64,000 nucleotides of DNA from an uncultured Acidimicrobiales bacterium (GCA_938038785.1 CALHTB010000021.1:6279-70278); one strand, 5' to 3'; numbered from the stretch's first letter, positions 28,928-38,859 are shown. The notes: a model not told the origin generated them from the sequence alone. Made by a program: numbers and translations.

Positions 28928-31174
28928 TCAGGCGTTGGCGAATTCGGGCTCTTCCATGAGGCGGACGTCTGAGTCTTGGATGATGTCTGGCCCGGCTTCG
29001 AGGTCGAGGGTCGGCAAGATCCGGTCGAGCCAGGCTGGTAGCCACCAGTTGGCGTCACCCATGAGCTTCATGGTTGCGGGAACAAGCACGATTCGCACGA
29101 TGGTGGCATCGACGAAGATGGCGGTGGCCAGGCCCAGGCCGAACATCTTGATCGCCGGGTCTGATCCGAGAACGAAGCCTCCGAACACCGAGATCATGAT
29201 GAGCGCCGCCGACGTGATGACTCGGGCGGTGCTGGCGATGCCATGGATGACCGAGCTGTCGTTGTCGCCGGTGCGCAAGTACTCCTCGCGCACCCGGCTG
29301 AGGAGGAACACCTCGTAGTCCATGGACAGGCCGAACAAGATGGCGAACATGAACATCGGGATGAACGAAACGATGGGCACGGTGGTCTCGAGGCCGATGA
29401 GCTCTTTGCCCCAGCCCCACTGGAACACCATGACCAGCACGCCGTAGGCGGCACCGATGCTGAGCAGGTTGAGGATCGCGGCCTTGAGCGGAACGAGGAT
29501 CGACCGGAACACGATCATGAGCAGCAGGAACGACAACGCGATCACGCCGCTAATGAACAGTGGCAGTCGTGAGGTGATCTTGGCCCCGATGTCGGCGAAC
29601 GATGCTGTCGGCCCGCCGACGTGAGCGCTCACCGCGGCATCTCCAAGAACGGCAGGGAAGACATCTGCGCGCAGCCGCTTCACGGTGTCGAGTGTGGCTT
29701 CGTCCTGGGGCGAGGTGGTGGGGAAGGCAAAGATGCTTGCCACTCCGGCATCGACGTTGATGTCGGGCGGGGCGACCGCGGCGACACCGGGATCAGCCGT
29801 GATAGCGGCCATCAAGGGTTCGAGAAGATCCGTGGCACCAGCGACTGCACCTGGGCCTTCGGTGTTGAGGTCAACTGCGACGATCAGTGGGCCGTTGATG
29901 CCCTCGCCGAATCCATCAGCGACGAGGTCGTAAGCACGACGCTCGCTACGGGTTTCTGGGAGTGACCCATCGTCGGGGAAGCCAAGCTGCAGTCCGAGCA
30001 CTGGGGCACTGAGGGCCAACAGCAGGATCGTGACGCCAATGGCATATGGCCATGCGTGCTTCGACACGTGGGTGCCCCAACGAGTCCATCCAGGGCTGAC
30101 TTCGCTCGACACCTTGCTGCGGCCAATTGTCCACTTGTCGATTCGAGCCCCGGCCAAGCCAAGCAGCGCGGGGAGGAGCGTGATGGAGGCGATGACCATG
30201 ATCAACACCACGGCCGAAGTGGCGACGCCTGCGGCGGTCATGAACGACACGCCCGAGAAGCCGAGGCCAAGGATTGCGATAACGACGGTGCCGCCGGCGA
30301 ACACCACGGCCTGCCCAGCCGTTGCGACAGAGCGACCAACCGACTCGACAATGTCCATGCCGTCTGCGAGGTGCTCACGGTGGCGTGTGACGAGGAACAG
30401 CGCGTAGTCAATGCCCACTCCGAGGCCCACCATGCTGCCAACCTCTGGCGCCCAGCTCGGAATGTCGATCAGGTACGTGATCAGCGACATGGACGTGATG
30501 CCAATTGCGAGGCCGAAGAGCGCGATGCCGATCGGAAGGCCCATGGCGATTACCGAACGGAACGCGACGATCAAGATGATGACCGCTGCGAGGAGGCCGA
30601 TCATTTCGCCGGTGCCCGTCTCTGCTTCGGCGAACGTTTGTGACAGTTCGCCGCGGGCCTCGATCTGCAGGCTTGAGCCGTCACGAGTTTCGGTAAGGAA
30701 CTCGGTGAGGCGTTCGAAGTCTTCGCTGCTGAGCTCTTCGAGCTGCCGGTACTGCACCTGGATCAGCGCGACGCTTCCGTCGGGCGAAATCGCTCCAGAG
30801 CGAGCGGCGAGCTCGGGGCCAGCCGCCAATGCTCCGCTCGGGTCAGAGGTGCCAACAACGTTTGGCAGCTCGCCAGCACCTGCTTGAAGCTCGGCCAGGT
30901 CAGCTTGGGCGTCGGGCGAGGTGAAGAAGGACTCGCCGCTGGTCGGCGTCGCAACGATCTGCGTGGACAGGCCCGCCGCATCGGACTGCGCTTCGGACAG
31001 CAAGTCGAGAGCTGTCTGTGAATCGAGTCCGGGCACATCGAACGCGTCCTCGAGAGTGCGGCCAAATGCCTGGGATGATCCGATGATTGTGACTGCGGCG
31101 AGCAGCCAGAGGGCGATGACTCGCCATGGATGGATGGCCGCAAAGCGACCGAGACGGTAGAGCAGGTTCGACAT
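28928..31174 (-). CDS. MMPL-family (RND superfamily) membrane transporter
   Basis: 748 aa. MSNLLYRLGRFAAIHPWRVIALWLL start. Two 6-TM bundles, each preceded by a large extracytoplasmic domain. Confidence 0.9.
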   Translation of the reverse strand: MSNLLYRLGRFAAIHPWRVIALWLLAAVTIIGSSQAFGRTLEDAFDVPGLDSQTALDLLSEAQSDAAGLSTQIVATPTSGESFFTSPDAQADLAELQAGAGELPNVVGTSDPSGALAAGPELAARSGAISPDGSVALIQVQYRQLEELSSEDFERLTEFLTETRDGSSLQIEARGELSQTFAEAETGTGEMIGLLAAVIILIVAFRSVIAMGLPIGIALFGLAIGITSMSLITYLIDIPSWAPEVGSMVGLGVGIDYALFLVTRHREHLADGMDIVESVGRSVATAGQAVVFAGGTVVIAILGLGFSGVSFMTAAGVATSAVVLIMVIASITLLPALLGLAGARIDKWTIGRSKVSSEVSPGWTRWGTHVSKHAWPYAIGVTILLLALSAPVLGLQLGFPDDGSLPETRSERRAYDLVADGFGEGINGPLIVAVDLNTEGPGAVAGATDLLEPLMAAITADPGVAAVAPPDINVDAGVASIFAFPTTSPQDEATLDTVKRLRADVFPAVLGDAAVSAHVGGPTASFADIGAKITSRLPLFISGVIALSFLLLMIVFRSILVPLKAAILNLLSIGAAYGVLVMVFQWGWGKELIGLETTVPIVSFIPMFMFAILFGLSMDYEVFLLSRVREEYLRTGDNDSSVIHGIASTARVITSAALIMISVFGGFVLGSDPAIKMFGLGLATAIFVDATIVRIVLVPATMKLMGDANWWLPAWLDRILPTLDLEAGPDIIQDSDVRLMEEPEFANA

Positions 31175-31242
31175 GAGTCCTCCTTAGTGGATGAACTCAT
31201 CGTCGTTAGGTCTTGGCGATTGCGCATCGGGGAAACGGCTGA

Positions 31243-31263
31243 AACCGTACCGCCCATACGGTT
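31243..31263. promoter_or_regulatory. Inverted repeat in the MMPL / two-component divergent promoter region
   Basis: AACCGTA-ccgccca-TACGGTT (7-bp arms). Confidence 0.2.
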
Positions 31264-31323
31264 GGCCCCGGGTTCATACTTTCGGCCGATCCGCGATTCT
31301 CGATCGTCACTTACTGTGGACGT

Positions 31324-32460
31324 ATGCACGCATCACTTGAGGAGTTCTTTGCAGAACCCGCTGTTCCCGACCCGCCAGCGCGCGTTGCACGTGACTGGTG
31401 GTTGGCCGCAGCGGTACTCGTCGCGGCGATCGCCGAATGGATCTTCAACGAGCAGCTGATCTGGCGAACGTTCCACATCGCAGTCACGATTGCTGTTATT
31501 CCGACCGTGCTGTGGCGCCGGACTCGACCGTTGCTCATGTTGGCAATCGTGTTCGTGTCGATGAACAGCCTTCTGCTCTTCGACGCAATCTTCGCCGAAA
31601 TTCCCGAAGGTCCCTACAGCGCAATCTTTGTGGTCGTGCTGATCTACAGCCTGTTCAGGTGGGGTTCGGGCCGGCATTGCGCATTCGGCATTGGGATCAT
31701 CGTTGCGGCCACGCTGCTGAACCTGATCATCGACCCCGGCACGGTCGGCGACTTCATCGGCGGAGTCATCTTCGCCTTCCTGCCAGCTGAGGCGGGAGTG
31801 CTTGTTCGCTACCAGAAACGATCAGCCGAGCAGCGCGAAGCAAGTGCCCGGTCGGTCGAGCGCGAACAGATCGCTCGTGAGCTGCACGACTCGGTGGCTC
31901 ACCATGTGTCGGCGATTGCCATCCAGGCGCAGGCAGCTCGCGCAGTGGCAGCGAACAACCCCGACGCGGTCATGGGGTCGTTGGAAGCAATCGAGGAATC
32001 CGCGGCACGGGCGCTCTCCGATATGCGATCGATGGTTGGATCGCTTCGCGATGGTGCCGACGCCGAGCTTGTGCCGCAGCAGAGCTTGGCTGACATCGCG
32101 ACTTTGGCGGGAGCGCAGGGTGATCTCGAGGTTGCGGTCGATCCGTTGCCGAGTAGCAACCCATCTGCCGCAGTCGGCGCAGCGCTCTTCCGCATCGCCC
32201 AAGAATCGGTGACGAACGCAGTCCGCCATTCAACGGACGCATCGACTGTCCGAGTGCAAGTGTCCAACGGTGACGGCAGCTACCGTCTGAGCGTGCACGA
32301 CAACGGGCGGCGAGTCACCGATCAGAACATCACCGGCTACGGCCTTATCGGCATGGCCGAGCGTGCCCGCCTACTTGGGGGGACGTTCAACGCTGGCCCC
32401 GCAACCGGCGGGGGATGGCTCGTTGTGGCTGAGCTGCCAATGGACTCGGTCACCGCATGA
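31324..32460 (+). CDS. Sensor histidine kinase (HisKA_3 / NarL-partner type)
   Basis: N-terminal TM helices, ARELHDSVAHHVSAIAIQA (H box) and GYGLIGMAERARLLGG (G box). Confidence 0.85.
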   Translation: MHASLEEFFAEPAVPDPPARVARDWWLAAAVLVAAIAEWIFNEQLIWRTFHIAVTIAVIPTVLWRRTRPLLMLAIVFVSMNSLLLFDAIFAEIPEGPYSAIFVVVLIYSLFRWGSGRHCAFGIGIIVAATLLNLIIDPGTVGDFIGGVIFAFLPAEAGVLVRYQKRSAEQREASARSVEREQIARELHDSVAHHVSAIAIQAQAARAVAANNPDAVMGSLEAIEESAARALSDMRSMVGSLRDGADAELVPQQSLADIATLAGAQGDLEVAVDPLPSSNPSAAVGAALFRIAQESVTNAVRHSTDASTVRVQVSNGDGSYRLSVHDNGRRVTDQNITGYGLIGMAERARLLGGTFNAGPATGGGWLVVAELPMDSVTA

Positions 32461-33116
32461 CCATCCGAGTCCTGATCGCTGACGACCAAGATCTCGTTCG
32501 AGTCGGGCTGCAGATGATCCTCGACAACGAAGATGACATCGACGTGGTCGGCATGGCCTCCGATGGTCGCGAGGCCGTTGAGATGGCCCGGACACTTCGC
32601 CCGGACGTGTGCCTGTTCGACATTCGAATGCCCGAACTCGACGGAATCGCAGCGACGGAAATCTTGGCCGGCCCAGACGTTGACGACCCGCTGGCCATCG
32701 TCATTATCACCACGTTCGATCTGGACGAATACGTGCATGGCGCCCTCAAGGCCGGCGCCCGTGGCTTCCTGCTCAAAGATGCGGGTCCTGAACTGCTCGT
32801 GCAAGCAATTCACGCGGCCGCGCGCGGTGACGCGCTGATCGCACCGAGCGTCACGGTTCGATTGTTGAGTACCTTCGCCGACGCAAGCTCACCGAGCACC
32901 GCGGTGCAGCCAATCGACGCGCTCACCGATCGGGAAGAAGAGGTGTTGCTGTCCGTTGCGGCCGGACACACCAACGACGAAGTGGCCCGCGAGCTGTTCA
33001 TCAGCCTGAGCACTGTCAAGACCCACCTCGCCAGCTTGATGAGCAAGCTCGGTGCCCGGAACCGCGTCGAGATCGCCATGTGGGCGTACGAAACCGGCCG
33101 GGTCCCGAAGATCTAG
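32457..33116 (+). CDS. Response regulator, NarL/LuxR family
   Basis: RVLIADDQDLVR...DIRMPELDG receiver domain. C-terminal LTDREEEVL...STVKTHL HTH. Start overlaps the kinase stop (ATGA). Confidence 0.9.
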   Translation: MTIRVLIADDQDLVRVGLQMILDNEDDIDVVGMASDGREAVEMARTLRPDVCLFDIRMPELDGIAATEILAGPDVDDPLAIVIITTFDLDEYVHGALKAGARGFLLKDAGPELLVQAIHAAARGDALIAPSVTVRLLSTFADASSPSTAVQPIDALTDREEEVLLSVAAGHTNDEVARELFISLSTVKTHLASLMSKLGARNRVEIAMWAYETGRVPKI

Positions 33117-34000
33117 CCCCAGAGGGTCGGGAACAGGCTTTCGGGCATACGGTCGCCCGGCAAGAGGTCGAGGTCGAGCGGTGGTGAGGTGACCCCGAGA
33201 CGTTCGACGTAGCGCACATCGTCGCCCAGCCACCGGGTCGAAAATGCTCGTCGACGGCCAGCCACTGGTGCGGGCGTTGTGCCGTGCAGCGTGCGGAAGT
33301 CGAACACGATCGCATCGCCAGCCGAGAGCGCTCCGGAGATGATTCGTGCCTCACCGCCGTCCGGAGGTGCTGTCGGTGCGCTGACCATGGACGGGTCGTC
33401 GTAGTCGTAATCCTCGCCGGTGCGAAAGCGCCGGGGCACGTAGGTGTTGCCATCGCGGTGCGATTCGGCCAGGAACCGAACAGCGGTGTCCTCGGGCGTG
33501 TCGTCGAGGGCTACATACACACTGGCGGTCTGGGTTCCGTCCACGCAGTAGTAGGGCAGGTCGTGATGCCACGGCGTTGCCTTCTGTGTGCCAGCTTCCT
33601 TGGCAAAGGAGTGCTCGTGAAAGAACTGTGCCGTGCTCGACTGCATGCACTGTGCAGCCAAAAACGCGGCAGACGAGGTGAGTGCAAAGGCACTGAATTC
33701 AGGCACTCGTTGCCAGTTGCAGTACGTGTCGAAGAAGCGGCCAGGTTCGCCCGGTTCAGCGCTGTCGCTGGTGAACGCATAGTCGCCGGGCGAATCCATG
33801 ATGCGGTCAAGGCCCGACCGAAGCGGCTCGACCCAATCGGTGAACAGCCCGGGCACGTAGCACACGCCATCGCGCTGAAAGGTGTCGACCATGGCAGTGT
33901 CGAGCTCGATCTGACGACGCTCGGTCGCGTGAGCAAGCGCGGCGGCATCGTCGAGCACATTCCACTTCACCGAAGCGACACGAGACTGGGGATTCAGCAT
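33113..34000 (-). CDS. Phytanoyl-CoA dioxygenase (PhyH) family oxygenase
   Basis: FQRDGVCYVPGLF, PWHHDLPYY and TLHGTTP blocks. Confidence 0.75.
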   Translation of the reverse strand: MLNPQSRVASVKWNVLDDAAALAHATERRQIELDTAMVDTFQRDGVCYVPGLFTDWVEPLRSGLDRIMDSPGDYAFTSDSAEPGEPGRFFDTYCNWQRVPEFSAFALTSSAAFLAAQCMQSSTAQFFHEHSFAKEAGTQKATPWHHDLPYYCVDGTQTASVYVALDDTPEDTAVRFLAESHRDGNTYVPRRFRTGEDYDYDDPSMVSAPTAPPDGGEARIISGALSAGDAIVFDFRTLHGTTPAPVAGRRRAFSTRWLGDDVRYVERLGVTSPPLDLDLLPGDRMPESLFPTLWG

Positions 34001-34009
34001 GAAAACGAA

Positions 34010-34068
34010 CCTGGTACCTTTCGGCGAAAAGGTACCACGTTCCCTTTGGGTGAAAGGAGCGTGGTACC
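34010..34068. repeat. Cluster of three GGTACC-core motifs including a perfect inverted repeat
   Basis: GGTACCTTT (34013-34021) and AAAGGTACC (34028-34036) are exact reverse complements separated by 6 nt. A third GGTACC is at 34063-34068. The 12-mer CCGAAAGGTACC recurs at 59572-59583. Confidence 0.6.
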
Positions 34069-34119
34069 TCTGGCGTAAATCGTGGGATTAATGTCATTGA
34101 CGCCAACGACCGATAGCGG

Positions 34120-35106
34120 TTGGATGGGTCCATGCACACCGTGGCCATCCCGCTCTACCCCGGGTTTCAACCGCTCGATGTTTCGGGACCCAATGAGGTC
34201 TTCGTCGGAGCGAACCATGCCATGGACGAACTCGGCATCGATGCCGAACGTTACGAGGTAATACTTCCGGCTCTCACACTCGACCCGGTGCCAAGCGAGA
34301 GCGGGCTTACCTTTGGCCCCACCCAAACGTTCACCCCATCGACGATCGACACGCTGCTCGTGCCAGGTGGGCTCATCACCGCAGTGACCCACGAACATCC
34401 CGAACTCCTCGAATGGTTGCAGGCAAACGCGCCGACCGAAGGTCGTGTGGGCTCGGTATGTACTGGCACCTTTCTGCTCGCCGCTGCAGGCCTCATCACC
34501 GACCAGAAGGTCACGACACACTGGGCCAGGGCTGGCTTGCTGGCGAAGCGCTTTCCCGACCTCGACGTCGACCCCGACCCGATCTACCGCGTCGACGGCA
34601 ACATCTGGACATCAGCCGGAGTTACCGCAGGTATCGATCTTGCATTGGCCATGGTTGAGGCTGACTGCGGCGCATCGGTCGCAAAGCTCGTCGCCCGCCA
34701 CCTGGTCGTGTACCTGCACCGGCCCGGTGGACAGAGCCAGTTCAGCTCACCAGTGTGGAGCGAACCAACCGAAGTGCAGCCCATTCGTGAGGCGTGCGAC
34801 ATCATCCACAGGTCGCCCGACGCCGACCTTTCGGTGGCGGCACTGGCCGAGTCAGTTGGTATGTCCGAGCGCAACTTCACTCGGGTCTTCCGATCCGAGA
34901 TCGGAGAGTCGCCGGCACGATACGTCGATCGTGTCCGCGTCGACGTCGCCCGGACCATTCTCGAACGTGAGGTCACGAGCCTCGATCATGTCGCTACACG
35001 AGCGGGCTTTTCGAGTGCCGAGGTGCTTCGTCGAGCGTTCCATCGCAGGCTTGGAGTTTCGCCAGCGGCCTATCGCCGCAACACCAGAACCAAAGCAACC
35101 ACTTAA
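34120..35106 (+). CDS. GlxA-type AraC-family regulator with N-terminal DJ-1/PfpI (GATase1-like) domain
   Basis: N-terminal LDVSGPNEVF...SVCTGTFLLAAAGL. C-terminal AraC HTH (LAESVGMSERNFTRVFR...FSSAEVLRRAFHRRLG). Confidence 0.85.
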   Translation: MDGSMHTVAIPLYPGFQPLDVSGPNEVFVGANHAMDELGIDAERYEVILPALTLDPVPSESGLTFGPTQTFTPSTIDTLLVPGGLITAVTHEHPELLEWLQANAPTEGRVGSVCTGTFLLAAAGLITDQKVTTHWARAGLLAKRFPDLDVDPDPIYRVDGNIWTSAGVTAGIDLALAMVEADCGASVAKLVARHLVVYLHRPGGQSQFSSPVWSEPTEVQPIREACDIIHRSPDADLSVAALAESVGMSERNFTRVFRSEIGESPARYVDRVRVDVARTILEREVTSLDHVATRAGFSSAEVLRRAFHRRLGVSPAAYRRNTRTKATT

Positions 35107-35807
35107 TGAGTAGGAGACAACACCCCATGGTCCAATGGCCTGAACACGCAGATGTCGAACGGGAACCGCTCGACATCGTCATTCCCATCTACGAACGCTT
35201 TACCGCACTCGATGCCATCGGCCCGTACGAAACGTTGCAACGGCTCCCTGGCGCCACGGTCACGTTCGTTGCAAACAAAGCGGGCGAAGTGCGCACCGAG
35301 AACGGCTTTCTTGGGGTCACCGCCGACGCGAGCTTTGCCGACAAGCCCACGCCTGACGTCATCGTCGTGCCCGGAGGAGTTGGCTCGCGCCAGGCAATGT
35401 TGGACGAAGACTTGCTTGTCTGGATCCAGTCAGCGCATGCCACTACGCAGTTCACGACGTCGGTGTGCACCGGCTCGATCATCCTCGGGGCAGCTGGCCT
35501 GCTCGACGGTCTCTCAGCAACAACCCACTGGGGCGCCTACGCCGCACTTGAGAAGACAGGCGCAACCGCCACCGGAACCCGCGTTGTCGAACACCTCGAC
35601 CAACGCATCATCACCGCAGCCGGAGTATCGGCCGGAATCGACATGGCGCTCCGCCTCTCCGAGCTCCTCGTTGACGATGTCGCGGCGAAGGCAATGCAGC
35701 TGATGATCGAATACGATCCGCAACCACCGTTCGACGACGGAGCATTTGAGAAGTCGTCCGAAGAGGTCATCAACCGTCTGCTGGAGTACTCGGTCGACAA
35801 GGACTGA
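35106..35807 (+). CDS. DJ-1/PfpI family protein
   Basis: ALDAIGPYE...SVCTGSIILGAAGLLDG nucleophile-elbow Cys. Start overlaps the previous stop (TAATG); exact start uncertain. Confidence 0.8.
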   Translation: MSRRQHPMVQWPEHADVEREPLDIVIPIYERFTALDAIGPYETLQRLPGATVTFVANKAGEVRTENGFLGVTADASFADKPTPDVIVVPGGVGSRQAMLDEDLLVWIQSAHATTQFTTSVCTGSIILGAAGLLDGLSATTHWGAYAALEKTGATATGTRVVEHLDQRIITAAGVSAGIDMALRLSELLVDDVAAKAMQLMIEYDPQPPFDDGAFEKSSEEVINRLLEYSVDKD

Positions 35808-35823
35808 CGTCTACGCTGCGGCC

Positions 35824-36432
35824 ATGGCTAAGACGGTCACCGCGAAGGTTCGCCACGAGGGTGGGCCGATCAAAGGCTCTCGCTTCATCGCAACCGTCGT
35901 TCCCGCTACCGATGAGGAATCGGCGAAGCAGGCACTCGCTGTTGTCCGAGCGGAAATGCCAGACGCAGGTCATCACTGCTCGGCATGGCGCCTCGCCTCA
36001 CCGGCAATCGAGCGCGCCAGCGACGACGGCGAACCCGGAGGCTCGGCAGGGCGCCCGATCCTCGCCCAACTCACCGGACGAGACCTCGTCGACACGGCGG
36101 TCATCGTGTCCCGATTCTGGGGTGGCACGAAGCTCGGCGTCGGCGGGCTCGCGCGGGCCTACGGGGGAGCGGCGGGCCTCGCACTCGACCTGGCTCCACT
36201 CGAACAGTGGGTTGCTCGGACCGCGGGTGTGATCATCCACGAACATGGAGACACCGACGCGGTGGTGCGGGCCATGAGTGGGGTCCGGTCGAGCGATGTC
36301 GACGTCGTCTACGCCGCGACGGTGACTCGACACATCGAGCTCGCAGTCGACGACGTTACTGAGCTCACCGGGGCCATCGCAGATGCGACCGCTGGACGAG
36401 CGAGCGTCAACTTCGGGGAGGACGAGGGATGA
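35824..36432 (+). CDS. YigZ / IMPACT (UPF0029) family protein
   Basis: GSRFIATVVP...AGHHCSAWRL...DDGEPGGSAGRPIL are the hallmark blocks. Confidence 0.8.
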   Translation: MAKTVTAKVRHEGGPIKGSRFIATVVPATDEESAKQALAVVRAEMPDAGHHCSAWRLASPAIERASDDGEPGGSAGRPILAQLTGRDLVDTAVIVSRFWGGTKLGVGGLARAYGGAAGLALDLAPLEQWVARTAGVIIHEHGDTDAVVRAMSGVRSSDVDVVYAATVTRHIELAVDDVTELTGAIADATAGRASVNFGEDEG

Positions 36433-37282
36433 GGACAGGCGTTGCTGCCTTGTACGCCTCGTAATCGGCTTGGCCGCCCCACTTCTTGTTGGCCCTGCGC
36501 TCGAGCATTGGTAGCCCACTGATCTTCGTCAACAGCACGGTGACGAAGATGGGTGAAATCAAGGTGACGTGCTGCCATCCGACGAGGGCGGGGAGCGCCA
36601 GGATCGCCATGCCGGTCCAGAGCGTGATCTCGCCGAAGTAGTTCGGGTGCCGCGACCACGACCACAACCCCACGTCGATGAACTTGCCGTCGTTGGCGGG
36701 GTCCTTCTTGAACGCGGTCTTCTGATTGTCCGACACCGCTTCGATCCCGAACCCGAGAATCCACACGGCAAGCCCGAGAATCCCGACGATGCCCAACGAC
36801 TTCTTCTCGCCCGAGGAGATCGCCGCGAACGCTGCGCCCGCAGTAACGGTGACCCAAAGACCTTGCAGCACCCAGGTCATTAGGAACCGAAGCCAACTCT
36901 GTTTGATCTTGTCGAACCGGCCATCTCCACCAGACCGCTTCACTCGTTGAAACAAGAACGTGCCGAGGCGTCCGGCCCAGATCAAGACGAGCAAAGCGAT
37001 GATCACCGATCGGGTGTCTCGGTTGCTGGACAACACGAGCGCCAGGATCGTTGTGGTGATGTAGGTGAGCGACCCGGTCAGGTCGTAGTAGTGCTCGGTT
37101 CGCTTGAGATACGACGGTACGAACGCCAGCACGTTTACGGCGAAGGCGATAATGGTGAGCACGGCAAACAGCGACAGGCCACCGACTTGCTCGGCGCCAT
37201 CGCCGCCAGCCCACCCAATCAGTGCTCCAAGGGCGAGCGCAATGACAATGCCGATGGCCGCAGTTCTCTCTGCCGTATTCAT
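36407..37282 (-). CDS. DUF1295 / steroid 5-alpha-reductase-like membrane protein
   Basis: Polytopic. WSWSRHPNYFGEITLWTG signature. Confidence 0.8.
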   Translation of the reverse strand: MNTAERTAAIGIVIALALGALIGWAGGDGAEQVGGLSLFAVLTIIAFAVNVLAFVPSYLKRTEHYYDLTGSLTYITTTILALVLSSNRDTRSVIIALLVLIWAGRLGTFLFQRVKRSGGDGRFDKIKQSWLRFLMTWVLQGLWVTVTAGAAFAAISSGEKKSLGIVGILGLAVWILGFGIEAVSDNQKTAFKKDPANDGKFIDVGLWSWSRHPNYFGEITLWTGMAILALPALVGWQHVTLISPIFVTVLLTKISGLPMLERRANKKWGGQADYEAYKAATPVLIPRPPRS

Positions 37283-37362
37283 CTCGCCGACCCTAGGTGG
37301 AGCGAAGCGCCACGCGCTGGTCTAAACGAGAACCGACCGTTGCTCGCTGTAAAGCTTGTGGT

Positions 37363-38772
37363 TTATGAAGCGGTGGTAACGGTGAGGGTTCTGCTCGCCT
37401 TGTTTCCGTTGCCCTTGCCGGCGCCGTTGGCTTCGACGGTGATCGTGATCACGTAGACCGTGTTCGGCTTGAGTCGGTTTGTCCAGAACCCAGGGATCGC
37501 CAGGTGTCGAGTGGTGCAGCCCGCCGCTTGTCCAGAATTGCTACCGACCTGGCCTCCGCCCTGCTCGCGAATGACGAATGAACCGTTAGCGCAAATGTTT
37601 GAGGTGTAGTTGACCTGGAAGCGGTCGGCACGTACGTCGACGACTTCGACTCCACCCAGAGTCACTGCCGTAGCGATGGGTTCGGGTTCACCTCCAGAGG
37701 TGCGGAACGCAACTCGTGGCGAGGTGGCGACCGGGGGACCGTTGAGGGTGACCTGCACGGTGTAGTCGGTTCCTGGTGTGAGACCCGAAACGGTTTGGTT
37801 GACGAGAACACCAGCGTTGGCCGAACCCGACAGTGTCTTCGCCACGCTAGAACCAGACCGAACGGTCACCGTGTAGCCAGTGGTTGCTGCGGATGTGAAT
37901 CGGAACTGCAAGGTCGTGTCACCAATACGGCCAATGTCGATCCGCTGAGAGAACTCCACCGGCTCGACCTTTGGAGCCTCGGTAGTTGTTGTTGTGGTGG
38001 TGGTTGTCGACGTCGTGGTTGTCGAGGTCGTCGTCGTGCTCGTGGTTGATGTCGGAGCGGTCGTCGTTGTTTCTTTCGCGGCTGCCTCGGCCGTGGTCGT
38101 GGTGGCTGGCCTTGCGGTGGTGGTTGTTGTTGATGTCGTCGTGGACGTCGTGCTGTCTACGGCAGGAGCGCCAGTATTGTCATCGCCGTTTCTCGTTCCC
38201 GCTGCGTTGGCGTTGCTGTCTCCGGATTCGCCCGAGACGGTCACCCCAATGGCGCCGGTAGCGCCGTCGGCGGTCTCGGCCCCGGAGTTCGTGTTGTTGG
38301 CGCCGTCGTCGATCGGTTCGTCGTCGGCGAGACTCAGCGCAGGACTGGTGGCTGCGTCGGTTCCGTTGTCCGTGGCTTGCGCACTTGCTGATGCGACCTG
38401 TTGTTCTGCGTCGCCAGTTTCGACTTCGACAGGTTCGGGCGAACCACTTTCTTCGCCTGCCTGCTGCGTCTCGCCTTCGACTTCGACTGGCACAGGGGCA
38501 CCGTCGACCGTCTCGACTTCCTGGCCGCTGACATCGAGGCGGTCAAGACCGGTTCCGGTGGAGGCGTCGCCGGTCGCGCTCGTGAACGGACCGTTGTTCG
38601 GCAGGGTGATTGCCAGGATGATCAAGAGCGGAAGGGCAAGTGCGAACAACGACGCAAGGTAGAGGCCTGCACGCTCTTCACGGTCCTCTTCTTCTTCGAC
38701 AGCGGCGATGGGCGCGACCGCGTAGTCGATCGGGGCCGCCTCAGCTTCGTGCGATTCGATTTCGGGATCCAA
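37363..38772 (-). CDS. N-terminally anchored surface protein with Thr-rich linker and two FN3/Ig-like beta domains
   Basis: Acidic cytoplasmic head, TM ERAGLYLASLFALALPLLIILAITL, Asp/Glu/Gly-rich region and a Thr/Ser run (about 37981-38160). Then two roughly 90-aa beta-rich modules (LQFRFTSAATTGYTVTV...GTDYTVQV; FQVNYTS...NTVYVITITV). Confidence 0.6.
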   Translation of the reverse strand: MDPEIESHEAEAAPIDYAVAPIAAVEEEEDREERAGLYLASLFALALPLLIILAITLPNNGPFTSATGDASTGTGLDRLDVSGQEVETVDGAPVPVEVEGETQQAGEESGSPEPVEVETGDAEQQVASASAQATDNGTDAATSPALSLADDEPIDDGANNTNSGAETADGATGAIGVTVSGESGDSNANAAGTRNGDDNTGAPAVDSTTSTTTSTTTTTARPATTTTAEAAAKETTTTAPTSTTSTTTTSTTTTSTTTTTTTTTEAPKVEPVEFSQRIDIGRIGDTTLQFRFTSAATTGYTVTVRSGSSVAKTLSGSANAGVLVNQTVSGLTPGTDYTVQVTLNGPPVATSPRVAFRTSGGEPEPIATAVTLGGVEVVDVRADRFQVNYTSNICANGSFVIREQGGGQVGSNSGQAAGCTTRHLAIPGFWTNRLKPNTVYVITITVEANGAGKGNGNKASRTLTVTTAS

Positions 38773-38859
38773 CCGTTACTCGCTTCATCTCCGCCCGCCT
38801 CATTTGCTTACCGTACCGCGTCTCTCGCCGTTCGAAAAAAGACCCCACCCAAGTTGGGG

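Noticed and set aside
36309-37214. 301-aa minus-strand ORF
   Set aside because: It is an alternative frame over the DUF1295 membrane-protein gene. The Arg/Pro-rich translation has no hydrophobic helices or motifs, and the other frame carries the SRHPNYFGE signature.
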